IMG/VR virus record: IMGVR_UViG_2698536559_000020
Direction: 5' to 3' (one strand)
From: a virus
Taxonomy: Duplodnaviria > Heunggongvirae > Uroviricota > Caudoviricetes
DNA length: 47,472 nt
Part shown: one piece after another, positions 35,915-46,374 of the stretch
Position numbering within the stretch: the stretch's first letter is position 1
Layout: each line of letters starts with the position of its first letter
Position numbers and translations under genes: made by a program
The notes under the pieces: generated by a model
The model's input: the letters and a program-made list of their open reading frames with translations, nothing else
The model's database searches: none
Told to the model about the DNA's origin: nothing

Positions 35915-37337
35915 GGAGCAGAAGGTGGGCATTATCACAGACGCGGTGGCGGACACGCTGGGGCTGTCTTCCACCGGCGGGTGGGACTGGCAGTCGCATA
36001 TTAATCAGGCGTCCTTCCGCGGTGTGCCGTTTGGCGTCATCAGCGGTGAGAGCGTGGTGGGCCGCCGGGTGGCGGTACATGAATATCCGTACCGGGATAC
36101 GGTGTGGGTGGAAGACCTGGGACGCAGCGCCCGGAAGTTCACGCTGCGTGGGTTCCTGATACAGGACAGTCTGGTGTACAGCGCCGGAGATGTGTTCAGC
36201 CAGCGTGACGCGATGATTGCGGCCTGCGAGACATCCGGTGGTGGTCTGCTGGTGCATCCGACGCTGGGTGAGATGACGGTTTACGTGCCGGACGGCGGTC
36301 TGCGCATTGAGGAGGGGGTGGAGTCCGGGCGTGTGTTTTCGTTCATGCTGACCGTCATTGAGTCAGGTGAAAAAGCGTTTTCACTGGTGACGGGGACAAG
36401 CTCCACGTCATCGGAGACGTGGTATCAGACGCTGACCACAACGGCCGCCGTGATGCTGGCGGCGATTACCGGTGAGATGAACAGTGTCACCGGGGCGGTT
36501 AAGACGATAAAGAGCACGGTGAGCGCGTGGGAGACGATATTTTCGCGGGCGGTGACATCGGTGACCAGTATGACCAGCACGGTGTCATCCCTGTATTCGC
36601 CGGACAGCTACGGGCGTTACTGCACAGCCAGTGACAGCGGGACCGCATCAGGCAGCACGGCCTCGTCACTTTCCACGTGGCTTGCCACCACGGAGGCGGA
36701 TGATGACAGCATTCTGGAAACCATTCAGGCCTGCTCCGTGCGGGACCGGTCGGCGGCGGAATCGGCGATAGCGGCGCTGGATGACATCTCGTCCGTATCC
36801 GGTGCTGTGTCCGCGATACAGGCGGTCATCACCACGCTGGCGGAGGCCACGGGCAGTGACACGGAGAAAATCCGCGTCATGGCAGAGATTGCGTCGGCGG
36901 AAGACGGGACGTATTACGAAGGGGAGACGGCCTGCGCCATCAGTGCATCCGTGCAGGCCTTCATCCGCACCCTGGGCGCCGGTGCGATGCTGTGGCGACT
37001 GATGCAGTACACCCCTCAGGGTTACGATGATGCGGTGTCGGTGATGCGGAAGGCCCGCACGGTGACAGAGGCGGTACTGCTTCTGCTTGCTGATGCCGGA
37101 GATGACGACAGTCACGATGCGCTGAATGCGCAGTACACGCAGTTTGTCACGCACTGGCAGACGAATTATCTGTCACAACAGGACGTGATGAAGGTGACCA
37201 GCCGCTCACCGCAGCCGTCGCTGGCGCTGGCAAACCGGCTGTATCAGGACGCCGCGCGTGCGGACGAACTGGTACAGGCGGCCTCTCCCGTCCATCCGGC
37301 GTTCATGCCGCTTTCCTTCACAGCGAGAAACTCATGA
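35907..37337 (+). CDS. DNA circularisation protein (Mu gpN-like)
   Basis: N-terminal …WDWQSHINQASFRGVPFGV…VHEYPYRD… signature. Confidence 0.7.
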   Translation: MCEEQKVGIITDAVADTLGLSSTGGWDWQSHINQASFRGVPFGVISGESVVGRRVAVHEYPYRDTVWVEDLGRSARKFTLRGFLIQDSLVYSAGDVFSQRDAMIAACETSGGGLLVHPTLGEMTVYVPDGGLRIEEGVESGRVFSFMLTVIESGEKAFSLVTGTSSTSSETWYQTLTTTAAVMLAAITGEMNSVTGAVKTIKSTVSAWETIFSRAVTSVTSMTSTVSSLYSPDSYGRYCTASDSGTASGSTASSLSTWLATTEADDDSILETIQACSVRDRSAAESAIAALDDISSVSGAVSAIQAVITTLAEATGSDTEKIRVMAEIASAEDGTYYEGETACAISASVQAFIRTLGAGAMLWRLMQYTPQGYDDAVSVMRKARTVTEAVLLLLADAGDDDSHDALNAQYTQFVTHWQTNYLSQQDVMKVTSRSPQPSLALANRLYQDAARADELVQAASPVHPAFMPLSFTARNS

Positions 37338-38422
37338 GTACAACCACAGACGACACCCTGACACTGAAGGTAAACAACACCGTCATGTCGGGGTGGAATG
37401 ATATCCGGGTGACGCGGGGCGTAGAGCGTCTGCCGTCGGATTTTGAGCTTTCGCTCACGGACTGGTATCCGCAGGAAGGATACCAGCTTGCCCCGCCGGG
37501 GAGCAGCTGCACGATAACCATCGGCGACGACCGGGTGATGACCGGCTATGTCGACCAGTGGGTGAACACCCTGACGCCGCAGTCGCATGACATCCGGGTG
37601 ACGGGCAGGGGGATGTGTCAGGACCTGGTGGACTGCTCCGCCTGGTGGGAGAACAACATGATAAAGGGCGGTGATGCGCTGGCCATCATCAGAAAACTGG
37701 CGTCGGTGTACGGCATCACGGTGACGACAGACGTCGACAGTTTCACCACGGTGCCGGATTTTGTCATCAACTGGGGGGAGTCGTCGCAGCAAATCATCGA
37801 CCGCATCTGCCGGTATGAGGGGCTTCTGTATTACGACCTGCCGGATGGCAGCCTGTTCCTGACGCGTGCGGGAACGGCGTCGGCAGCCAGCGGGGTGACA
37901 CAGGGGGTGAACCTGCAGAAGGCGGAGTACACACGAAGTATGAATGAACGGTTTTCGGAATACACCGGCCTGTCGGTGTCAGTGAACAGTATCAGCGAAC
38001 TGTCGCCGGCATCCTGTTACGACAGCGTGATGCTGGCAACAGCCAGCGACCCGGAAGCGGCCGGTATGCGCACCCGCCGTCACGTCACGATAGTGGAGAG
38101 TACGCTGATGACAACGGGGTGTGCACAGCAGGCGGTGAACTGGGAAATGAACCGGCGCTACGGGCGTTCAATGGCCCTGAATGTGACGGTGGACAGCTGG
38201 CGTGACAGTGCAGGGGGGCTGTGGCAGCCCAACACCTTTGTGCCGGTGAGCATACCGGCACTGGGGGCGGACAGTCTGAACTGGCTGGTTTCTGAGGTGA
38301 CATTCAGTCGTGACGATGAGACGGGGACCACGGCATCGCTGGTTCTGATGCCGCCGGAAGCGTTCAGCGTGCAGCCGTACCGTTTTTATTCCGGCGTGGC
38401 CGGAAGGGATGTGTCGTCATGA
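37334..38422 (+). CDS. baseplate hub / tail protein (Mu gpP-like)
   Basis: size and order. Confidence 0.65.
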   Translation: MSTTTDDTLTLKVNNTVMSGWNDIRVTRGVERLPSDFELSLTDWYPQEGYQLAPPGSSCTITIGDDRVMTGYVDQWVNTLTPQSHDIRVTGRGMCQDLVDCSAWWENNMIKGGDALAIIRKLASVYGITVTTDVDSFTTVPDFVINWGESSQQIIDRICRYEGLLYYDLPDGSLFLTRAGTASAASGVTQGVNLQKAEYTRSMNERFSEYTGLSVSVNSISELSPASCYDSVMLATASDPEAAGMRTRRHVTIVESTLMTTGCAQQAVNWEMNRRYGRSMALNVTVDSWRDSAGGLWQPNTFVPVSIPALGADSLNWLVSEVTFSRDDETGTTASLVLMPPEAFSVQPYRFYSGVAGRDVSS

Positions 38423-39000
38423 ATCCTGTACAGGTGCTTTTCCGCCGTCTGGTATCACTGCTGAGCGTGGGGCGCGTGACGGCGGGGGATGACAGCGGTG
38501 TGGTGCAGACCGTGCAGGTGCAGAGTCCGTCAGAGGTGCGCAGCGACACGCCGGTTCTTCAGCAGTTTGGATTTTCCTCAGTGCTGCCTGCCGGAACGGA
38601 TGTGGTGGTAATGAGCCTTGCCGGAAACCGCAGCAGCGCGGTGGTGGTGGCGTCCGGGCATCAGTCATACCGGATTAACGGTCTGAACAGCGGCGAGGTG
38701 GTGGTGTACAACCAGTGGGGGCAGTACGTCCGGCTGGGTGAGGATGGGATTGTGGTGGAGGCGTCAGGGCAGCCGGTGTTGGTGAACAGTGCCACCACGC
38801 TTGAGGTGACGGCGACGGACGGGGTCACCCTGAAAACGCCGTCGCTGAAGGTGACGGGGGATATCACGGACAACTGCGAAAGCAACAGCACCACGCTGAA
38901 GGCGCTGCGGGAGGCATACAACGACCACACACATCCGGTCAGCGGTGTGGAAAGTGGCGGCAGCACGGTGACAAGTCAGGCAACCACGGAGACGGTGTGA
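38419..39000 (+). CDS. baseplate assembly protein V-like (spike)
   Basis: size and order. Confidence 0.6.
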   Translation: MNPVQVLFRRLVSLLSVGRVTAGDDSGVVQTVQVQSPSEVRSDTPVLQQFGFSSVLPAGTDVVVMSLAGNRSSAVVVASGHQSYRINGLNSGEVVVYNQWGQYVRLGEDGIVVEASGQPVLVNSATTLEVTATDGVTLKTPSLKVTGDITDNCESNSTTLKALREAYNDHTHPVSGVESGGSTVTSQATTETV

Positions 39001-39001
39001 G

Positions 39002-39439
39002 ATGAGCGATATCACGCTTTTTTACGATGAAGAGGCGCTGCATTGCGACTGGTCGGTGGGGACGGGCGATATGGTCTGCGGAAATGACCTGCAGACGGCC
39101 ATTCTCATCAGCCTGTTCACGGACCGGCTGGCGGATGCATCAGATGAGACGGACGACGGCAACCGGCGCGGATGGTGGGGTGACCTTGAGCAGGATTACC
39201 GGGTCGGCTCCCGGTTGTGGCTGCTGCGCAGGCAGAAACTGACCACGCAGGTGGCGCTGAAAGCGGAGGCATACGCCCTTGAAGCGCTGCAGTGGCTGAA
39301 GGACGACGGCGTGGTGGCTTCACTGGATGTGGAGGCGTGGATAGTGCCGCCGGACCGGCTGTACATGACCATTGTTTATCAGCGTCCGGATGCGGACACG
39401 ACGGAATACCAGAAATTTTATCAGGTGTGGGAGGTATGA
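39002..39439 (+). CDS. baseplate protein (Mu gp46 family)
   Basis: size and order. Confidence 0.6.
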   Translation: MSDITLFYDEEALHCDWSVGTGDMVCGNDLQTAILISLFTDRLADASDETDDGNRRGWWGDLEQDYRVGSRLWLLRRQKLTTQVALKAEAYALEALQWLKDDGVVASLDVEAWIVPPDRLYMTIVYQRPDADTTEYQKFYQVWEV

Positions 39440-39440
39440 C

Positions 39441-40595
39441 ATGCCGTTTGAACGCCCCGGATTAAGTGAGCTGCGGGAGAAAAGCCGGTCGTATGTGACC
39501 GGTCAGCTGGATGAGGCGGGGGCTCTGCTGCGGTTTTCCACGCCGGGGATTCTGGCGGATGCCGTGGCGGGCATGACGCATCTGCATTACGGCTACCTTG
39601 ACTGGATAGCGCAGCAGTGCACACCGGCCACGGCCACCGGGGAATATCTGGCGGCGTGGGGTGCGCTGAAGGGTATCATCCGCAAGGCCGCAGAGGCCGC
39701 GGCCTGTGACGAGGTGCAGTTCACGGGAACCGTCGGCAGCACCGTGAGTGCGGGGGCGGTACTGAACCGTGCGGACGGGTATCAGTACACGCTGGATGAG
39801 GATGTGAGCATTGACAGTGACGGCAGCGGTACGGGGAGTATTACCGCCGTGCTGCCGGACCCGACGGATGACAGCAGCGGCGGTGGCGACGACGGTAACG
39901 CGGATGCCGGTACGACACTGACACCGGATGTCACCTGGTCCGGTATTGACTCAACGGTGACGATGGTGACGGCTGCCACCGGCGGCAGTGACACTGAGGA
40001 AGAGGAGACGTACCGTCAGCGTGTGCTGTATGCGTACCAGAACCCGCCTCAGGGCGGTGCGGCGGCGGACTATGTGCAGTGGGCACTGGAGGTTCCCGGC
40101 GTGACCCGGGCGTGGTGCGTGAACCGTGCGCTGGGGTTCGGAACGGTGGGTGTCTACATCATGACGGACGGTGACGACGAGGACAACGCCGGGGGCTTTC
40201 CTGACGGCACGGACGGCGTGGCAACGGATGAGGACTGGACAGACCGGAAAGCCACGGGGGTACAGCTCACGGTGGCGGACTATATCCGCGATTACCAGCC
40301 GGTCACGGCGGTGGTGTATGTGATGTCGCCGGTGGCCAGAAGCATTGATTTTGAAATACAGGGGCTGAGTGATGCCACGGCGGCACTGAGGGCACAGGTG
40401 GAGAGCGCCATCAGCGAGGTGCTGTACAACGTGGATGAACTGGACGGCAGCGGGGTGATTAATCTTTCTGACCTGTATTACGCCATTGCGGACATTGAGG
40501 GGACAGACGGCTTCATTCTGGTGTCTCCTGACAGCAACATCACGCTGTCGCAGGGAGAGCTGCCGGTCACCGGCAGCATCACATGGGCAACATGA
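39441..40595 (+). CDS. baseplate J-like protein (Mu gp47 family)
   Basis: size and order, acidic Gly/Asp-rich central insert. Confidence 0.65.
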   Translation: MPFERPGLSELREKSRSYVTGQLDEAGALLRFSTPGILADAVAGMTHLHYGYLDWIAQQCTPATATGEYLAAWGALKGIIRKAAEAAACDEVQFTGTVGSTVSAGAVLNRADGYQYTLDEDVSIDSDGSGTGSITAVLPDPTDDSSGGGDDGNADAGTTLTPDVTWSGIDSTVTMVTAATGGSDTEEEETYRQRVLYAYQNPPQGGAAADYVQWALEVPGVTRAWCVNRALGFGTVGVYIMTDGDDEDNAGGFPDGTDGVATDEDWTDRKATGVQLTVADYIRDYQPVTAVVYVMSPVARSIDFEIQGLSDATAALRAQVESAISEVLYNVDELDGSGVINLSDLYYAIADIEGTDGFILVSPDSNITLSQGELPVTGSITWAT

Positions 40596-41722
40596 GGAAC
40601 AGGATGAGTCGTTTTTCACATGATGACTACACGTGCGCGCTGCTGAATCTTCTGCCATCGGGGATGGCGTGGAGCCGGTTGCCTGAGAGCGTGCAGTACA
40701 GGCTGATACGCGGGCTGGCGCAGGCGTATCAGCAGAGTGACGCTGATGCGTGTGCACTGATAACAGGGGCCTTCCCGGAAACGGCGGATGCGCTCACTGA
40801 TGAGTGGTATGCCTCGCTGGGGCTGAATGATGAATGCGGAACGCAGGTATCCACCACAGACCTGGCGCAGGCCAGAAAATTCATTCTGGCGAAGCTGCTG
40901 TCGACGGGCGGGCAGAGCGTGGCGTATTTCACGGAGCTGGCGGCGACGATGGGCTACAGCATCCGTATTCGTGAGTACCGCACGCCGCTGTGCGGATTTT
41001 CGTGGTGCGGGCATCTGCTGAGTGACGACAACCGGTTTCACTGGGTCGTGGTGGTGTCACCGCCGGGGGATGACGTGACCACCTCACGGGCGTACCTGGA
41101 GTGCCTGTTTCGTCGTTATGCCCCGGCACAGACGCTGGTGACGTTTGAGTGGCAGTCGTCATACAGCGCCGCCCTGAGCGTGGCGTGGGACAACAGCACG
41201 CGCCTTCTTTCAGGTGCACTGACGGCGGATGAGGGTGTGGTAGTGTCGGGCGTGACTGTGAATGTCGTCATCAAATCCATGTCCGGGCAGAGGTATGTGG
41301 CGACGGTGGCCACAGACAGTGACGGGGGCTGGTCGTTTGAAGCGGATGATGAAACCTTCACAAATGGCAGTTACACGGTTTATGCGCAGGCGGACGTGGA
41401 TATGCCGGATGATGTCACGGTGCCTGTACGAAGCGCGTTACTGAATGTACGGATACAGGCACAGGAAGAGGCGGAAACCGGTGATGATGAGCAGACATCT
41501 GACGACACGACGCAGGAGCCGCTGGTCATTAACCGGGTGATGCTTCAGTCGGGGCGCACGACGCAGGAGCCGCTGATTATCAGCAGGGCACACCTTCAGT
41601 CGGGATACCCGACGCAGGAGCCGCTTGTCATTAACAGTGCGATGCTTCAGTCGGGATATCTGACGCAGGAGCCAGTGGTCATTAACAGGCTCTGGCTGAA
41701 TTTTGCCGTCACTAATGAGTGA
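40583..41722 (+). CDS. tail protein (Mu gp48 / YmfQ-like, DUF2313) with C-terminal 17-aa tandem repeats
   Basis: N-terminal YmfQ-like region; four TQEPLVINRVMLQSG-type repeats at the C-terminus. Confidence 0.6.
   Translation: MGNMRNRMSRFSHDDYTCALLNLLPSGMAWSRLPESVQYRLIRGLAQAYQQSDADACALITGAFPETADALTDEWYASLGLNDECGTQVSTTDLAQARKFILAKLLSTGGQSVAYFTELAATMGYSIRIREYRTPLCGFSWCGHLLSDDNRFHWVVVVSPPGDDVTTSRAYLECLFRRYAPAQTLVTFEWQSSYSAALSVAWDNSTRLLSGALTADEGVVVSGVTVNVVIKSMSGQRYVATVATDSDGGWSFEADDETFTNGSYTVYAQADVDMPDDVTVPVRSALLNVRIQAQEEAETGDDEQTSDDTTQEPLVINRVMLQSGRTTQEPLIISRAHLQSGYPTQEPLVINSAMLQSGYLTQEPVVINRLWLNFAVTNE
41510..41713 (+). repeat. four tandem 51 bp coding repeats
   Basis: repeat units begin at 41510, 41561, 41612, 41663 (ACGCAGGAGCC…). 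Confidence 0.75.
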
Positions 41723-42809
41723 CAACAACGAAAGGAGACTGTTTTTGAACTCAATCATACTTGAAGGATTCCGGCAGATAGCGGCGGATGAGGCGCTGTG
41801 CGACAGCTACACTTCAGACAACATTCTTTCCGCACTGAACAAAAACGGCGTCACACTTATCACCGAAATGTCAGGTTCGGTGAGTTCTGTGTGCCGCACC
41901 ACGCAGACCATCAATACGGTGGCGCGTACCGGGCTGGCATTCACGACATCATCAAACCTCATGCTCAGGTGTCTGCTGCCTGATTTGAGTGAGACGGCGG
42001 TGCAGTTCGGGTTTCGCTTGTCACTGGGGGAGGGAGAGAAGTATTCCCCTTCTCCGTCTCACATCGGGATTGGCAGCGCATCGTTCACCACCCCGTATCC
42101 GGATGAAGCCGCCAGCTACTATTTTGAGATTTTTGCTACCTGGAACGGCAGCAGCACGGTCAGTGCCAGTCTGTACTGTAACCGCGCGCTGGTCGGGAGA
42201 GCGACTCTCGGTGTGTCATCGTCAGGAACAGGGGCGGTGAGTGTCCGGATTGGCGGTGGCAACAATGTATTTGCATCAGGTGTGAGCGGCATTTTCATGC
42301 TGGGTGATATGTACTGCATGACGGTGCCGTATGGTGATAACTATGATGCCTCACCATCACTGCTGGGGAGTATTGAGGTCGGCTACAGTCCGGTAACGGC
42401 ATTCACCGGGGGGAGTGCCACAAACTCGCTGAGTAAAGATATTGTCACCGGGCTGAACGCATCTGATGACGACAGCGGGTATCTGATACTGAACAGTTCA
42501 GGTGAAGCCGCCGGGGTCACGTTTGAGGATATTGATAACACAGAAGGAACCCTGGTTGCGGTGCAGGCGGCGGTAACCCTGAGGGAATCCGCTTCGCCGA
42601 ACAATTTTCTGGCATGGAGTGTGGGGTGCGGAAGCAGCAGGGGCGATGTGATATCAGAAACGGAGGCAGTAAGCGACACAAACAGCTGGACGACGGTGAC
42701 GCAGGGGTTCATGAGCATGCCCGGAGATGGCGGTGCGTTTGAAACAGGTGCACTGACCTTCACGGCGAATCTGTATAACCGGGAGAAAAGTGAACAGGAG
42801 ACGGCCTGA
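41703..42809 (+). CDS. hypothetical tail protein (possible receptor-binding/fibre-associated)
   Basis: position between baseplate genes and tail fibre. Confidence 0.4.
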   Translation: MPSLMSDNNERRLFLNSIILEGFRQIAADEALCDSYTSDNILSALNKNGVTLITEMSGSVSSVCRTTQTINTVARTGLAFTTSSNLMLRCLLPDLSETAVQFGFRLSLGEGEKYSPSPSHIGIGSASFTTPYPDEAASYYFEIFATWNGSSTVSASLYCNRALVGRATLGVSSSGTGAVSVRIGGGNNVFASGVSGIFMLGDMYCMTVPYGDNYDASPSLLGSIEVGYSPVTAFTGGSATNSLSKDIVTGLNASDDDSGYLILNSSGEAAGVTFEDIDNTEGTLVAVQAAVTLRESASPNNFLAWSVGCGSSRGDVISETEAVSDTNSWTTVTQGFMSMPGDGGAFETGALTFTANLYNREKSEQETA

Positions 42810-43600
42810 TGAGAAAAATATCGGACATCACATCATATGTGGATGAGAATGACGAGTTCACGGACGGTGAGCCAGCCACAGGCGTGAAGCCGACGCCGTT
42901 GCTTGCTCTCTGGTTCAACGTCATACAGCGGGAGATGGTGAAGGTGGTGGAGAGTGCGGGGCTGACACTGGACCCGACAGATGACACACAGCTCTGGCAG
43001 GCGTTATCGAAATATTTTGCCTCACAGGAGAATGTGAACACCGCTATTGGTGCTCTGGGTACGATGGCCTCCCAGAACAGTGATGCGGTGGATATCACCG
43101 GAGGCGCGATAACAGGCACCTCTCTGACGGGTGACCTCACCGGTAATGCGGACACGGCCACAAAACTGAAAACGGGGCGGACAATCCGGACAAATCTTGG
43201 CAGCACGAGTGCTGTCAGTTTTGATGGCAGCTCTGATGTTACGCCGGGCGTGACCGGCACACTGCCGGTGAGCAATGGCGGTACAGGGGCCACGACTGCG
43301 TCAGAGGCCAGAACAAATCTGGGGCTGGGAGATGTGGCAACCCAGAGTCTGAGTACGCTCGATGCCCGTTACCTGCTGACGACAGGAGGTGTGTCGGCGG
43401 TAAGGCTGGGGAGTGTCAGTTCATATAGCCCTCCCGGCAACGAGTCGTCGTGGACGCAGAATCTTTCCTCCGGCAATGTGCTCACAGGGATTATCGTTCA
43501 GGATACAGGGTCCAATTCTGCGGATAACATTGGCGGAATTTATTACAGGCAGGTTCAGTACTGCGTGAACGGAACCTGGATAACAGCGGAGTCAGTTTAA
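42809..43600 (+). CDS. tail fibre protein
   Basis: …DITGGAITGTSLTGDLTGNADTATKL… conserved tail-fibre motif. Confidence 0.7.
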   Translation: MRKISDITSYVDENDEFTDGEPATGVKPTPLLALWFNVIQREMVKVVESAGLTLDPTDDTQLWQALSKYFASQENVNTAIGALGTMASQNSDAVDITGGAITGTSLTGDLTGNADTATKLKTGRTIRTNLGSTSAVSFDGSSDVTPGVTGTLPVSNGGTGATTASEARTNLGLGDVATQSLSTLDARYLLTTGGVSAVRLGSVSSYSPPGNESSWTQNLSSGNVLTGIIVQDTGSNSADNIGGIYYRQVQYCVNGTWITAESV

Positions 43601-43601
43601 C

Positions 43602-44141
43602 ATGGTGAACATTAAAAATTTCACGACATACACCCCGGAAAACCCGCCCGTGGCGTGGGGCAGATATCTCATCAGCGAGGACGGTCAGGACTGGTATGAA
43701 TGTCAGACGCAGTTTGCAGAGGATACATACAAAGTTGCGTATGACAGTGACGGTATTGTGCGCAGTATTTCGGGCGATGTGTCGGCACTTTGTCCTGTCA
43801 ACATGAGTGTTGCTGAGGTTGAGTCGCTGCCGGACGGAGCGGATATTGACGGCAACTGGGTGTTTGACGGGGAGAGTGTTGTGGCGCGCACACTGACAGC
43901 AGAGGAGTGGCAGGCAAATGCGGAATCGCAACGAAGCGCGCTGATATCGGATGCGAAGGCGACAATCAGTCTCTGGCAGTCGGAGCTTCTGCTGGGCACC
44001 ATCAGTGATGATGACAAAGAGAGCCTGACAGAATGGATCGCTTACATAAAGGCGCTTCAGGCGCTGGATTTAAGTGATGTGACGGATGAGGAGAGTTACA
44101 ACTCGACAGTCTGGCCGGATGAACCGGGAGCCACAGCATAA
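43602..44141 (+). CDS. tail fibre assembly protein (Tfa)
   Basis: size, position and C-terminal …WIAYIKALQALDLS… motif. Confidence 0.65.
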   Translation: MVNIKNFTTYTPENPPVAWGRYLISEDGQDWYECQTQFAEDTYKVAYDSDGIVRSISGDVSALCPVNMSVAEVESLPDGADIDGNWVFDGESVVARTLTAEEWQANAESQRSALISDAKATISLWQSELLLGTISDDDKESLTEWIAYIKALQALDLSDVTDEESYNSTVWPDEPGATA

Positions 44142-44143
44142 AA

Positions 44144-44166
44144 ACCGCTGAGAAGCGGTTTTTTTG
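44144..44166 (+). terminator. rho-independent terminator ending the late operon
   Basis: ACCGCT-GAGA-AGCGGT followed by T7. Confidence 0.65.
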
Positions 44167-44543
44167 TGCCTGAAAAACGGAAGGCACGGCTACTGCAATA
44201 AAAAAAAGCCCCAGCCATGGTGAGTCGGGGGGGCTGAAAAGTCCTATGCCCAAATGGATGTATATAAAGCATCTAAATTCTAATAAGTCAGGGTGAATAC
44301 TGGAATAGTTTAATGACAGTATTGCTGAAAATCTAAATAATTGTACCGAAAAATGATTTTTTAGCCGTCTCTTACACGATTGGAAATTTCATTGACTTCA
44401 CTGCTCTCACCAGACATGGCGAAATTTCTCACATGCGAATGAATGATTCTCGGATGTGTGTGGAAGATATTTGGTGGGCGTTTTTCAGGGACAACACGCG
44501 CCTGAAAAACCAAAGTTCCGGTGACTGTAACGTTGTATCAATA

Positions 44544-44569
44544 AGAAAAGCCGGCATGGTTGATGCCGG
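44544..44569 (-). terminator. candidate terminator for the reverse-strand hydrolase gene
   Basis: CCGGCAT…ATGCCGG hairpin with U-rich tail on the minus strand. Confidence 0.4.
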
Positions 44570-44654
44570 TTATATCAAGACGTGATATATAAGTGGGATG
44601 AAAGAGTTTCCGGAAGCAGAATCTAACGAAAAAACATATTTGAATCAAATATGT

Positions 44655-45443
44655 TCAGATATGTTGTGATTTGGTTTTGTGTAACCAGTTTTTTATAGCG
44701 ATATTTACCTCATTTGGGTGAGTTATGTTTAATGCATGATGAGCACCAGATATGATTTTAAGTTCAGAATACCCGAGCATTTTGTGCATACTCGTCGCTC
44801 TTTCCGGTGGTATTCCTGTATCGCTGGAACCATGAAGAATCAGAGTGGGTGTTCTGATGGTGTGAACTTTATCTGAAATGTCGTCGCGCTCCAGCATTGC
44901 ATGCATGGCAACCCTGATGTTTTCAGGTTTATGGCGCAACCATGTTTGTTTCCATTTCGCTGCTTCAGAGGCATTATTTCCGAAAAAAACGGGTAATAAT
45001 GACGATATTATCTCTTCCTTTATGACTGGGTCTTGCCATCCATTACACAGCTCCATATAACTGGACGCAATCTCTGGTGGATCCTGCTCTGCCTGGGTTG
45101 CCATAAGGATTAGTCCGAATAAACGTTCTGGATGCGACAGCGCAAATCGTAATGATATATATCCGCCCATCGACATTCCCCCTAAAACGAACTTATCCAT
45201 TTGTAGTGAATCTGCAACGCCTAGAATATCATCAACGATATCATAGAGCGAGAAAGCTTCTGTTTCTTTAGTATTTTTATCAAACCCCCTGACATTAATA
45301 CAAACAACTCTGTGTTTTTCTTTTAGCTCGTCAAGCTGATATTTAAACATTTCATTATTCATGAAAAATCCATGAACGAATATGACGGGGGGATTGTTTT
45401 TATTTGTTTCAGTGTATCCAGAATCAGTAAACGTAAAATTCAT
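44655..45443 (-). CDS. alpha/beta-fold hydrolase (esterase/lipase-like), low-GC cargo gene
   Basis: …VIFVHGF… then nucleophile elbow GGMSMGG (GxSxG), C-terminal His; GGAG SD. Confidence 0.7.
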   Translation of the reverse strand: MNFTFTDSGYTETNKNNPPVIFVHGFFMNNEMFKYQLDELKEKHRVVCINVRGFDKNTKETEAFSLYDIVDDILGVADSLQMDKFVLGGMSMGGYISLRFALSHPERLFGLILMATQAEQDPPEIASSYMELCNGWQDPVIKEEIISSLLPVFFGNNASEAAKWKQTWLRHKPENIRVAMHAMLERDDISDKVHTIRTPTLILHGSSDTGIPPERATSMHKMLGYSELKIISGAHHALNITHPNEVNIAIKNWLHKTKSQHI

Positions 45444-46112
45444 GATTACTCCATTATTTAGACGGTTATGTTGTATATTTCGCTAATGATAGCGGAGAGT
45501 TAAAGTGTGCTGCTGAACAGAAATCTACCTGTCAAAACCCTTCTGACGTTTATCTACCAAGATGGAGATAATATTGTCAAGTATTCGTTAGGATACAAAA
45601 GTATCGGTTTAATAGTAAAATCTAAGAAGTATTCGTGCGACTGTATGCCTCATTGATTTTTCCTTTCTCGCAAGACATAGCTAATTCTCGGCACGTTGAT
45701 GAGCTATTTTCATATATTGTGCAGTAAGCGTTTTTCTCGGAGGTGCTGGCAAGAACAATACATCCTAGTTTTTTCTGATTAGTGCCGCTTATGCATCGAT
45801 GATAAGGGATATTTGTTCTGTGAGCCTGGCGGGAATGGTGTCGCCAGCATCATTGGCTTCTACCCAGTAAAAAGAGGCGAGGAAACATGCACGACAGGTG
45901 CTACACGTCATGCATAGATTGGGATTACTCATAACTAGCCACAGCTATAGGTCGTTAAGAGATTCGCAGCACGCTGTATGCAATAACGTGCTGCGGCTGG
46001 CTGGTGAACTTTCGATAGTGCGAGTATTGAATGATTTCCAGCCGTTACCGATTTTACGTGTTTATTATTGAACAAACCACTCGTCAGCAGACTCCCAGGT
46101 ATCTTTCAGAGT

Positions 46113-46313
46113 CTACTGAACAAATGTTTTTGCAGAATCCTTATCTGCGGTGCGTGTAACAGAAAGCTCATCATTGCTGGTGGCTTTTACGATCACTTCT
46201 ACATCGTCATAACGCTTACTGATGCGCCGAGTTAATTCTTCCTTTAACGCATCCACAGCACTGTTTGGCATTTTAGTCATTTTCTCTTTGGCTATGCAGA
46301 TATCAATACGCAT
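46113..46313 (-). CDS. DinI-family (DinI/MsgA-like) SOS-regulated protein
   Basis: MRIDICIAK…[13 protein letters not shown]… aligns with DinI; GGAGGG SD; LexA boxes upstream. Confidence 0.75.
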   Translation of the reverse strand: MRIDICIAKEKMTKMPNSAVDALKEELTRRISKRYDDVEVIVKATSNDELSVTRTADKDSAKTFVQ

Positions 46314-46328
46314 AAAAATCCCTCCACG

Positions 46329-46372
46329 CTGTGTTTATATACAGTGTTATTTTTAACTGTGTAAATAAACAG
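46329..46372. promoter_or_regulatory. two LexA (SOS) boxes: CTGTGTTTATATACAG (46329-46344) and CTGTGTAAATAAACAG (46357-46372)
   Basis: both fit CTGT-N8-ACAG with AT-rich core; 16-60 nt upstream of dinI-like start, overlapping its putative -35/-10. Confidence 0.65.
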
Positions 46373-46374
46373 TA

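Noticed and set aside
44142-44660. Invertible tail-fibre (G-segment-like) switch with a DNA invertase downstream of the tail fibre genes
   Set aside because: No Gin/Pin/Cin-like recombinase ORF and no inverted-repeat-flanked alternative fibre segments were seen; only terminators and AT-rich non-coding DNA.
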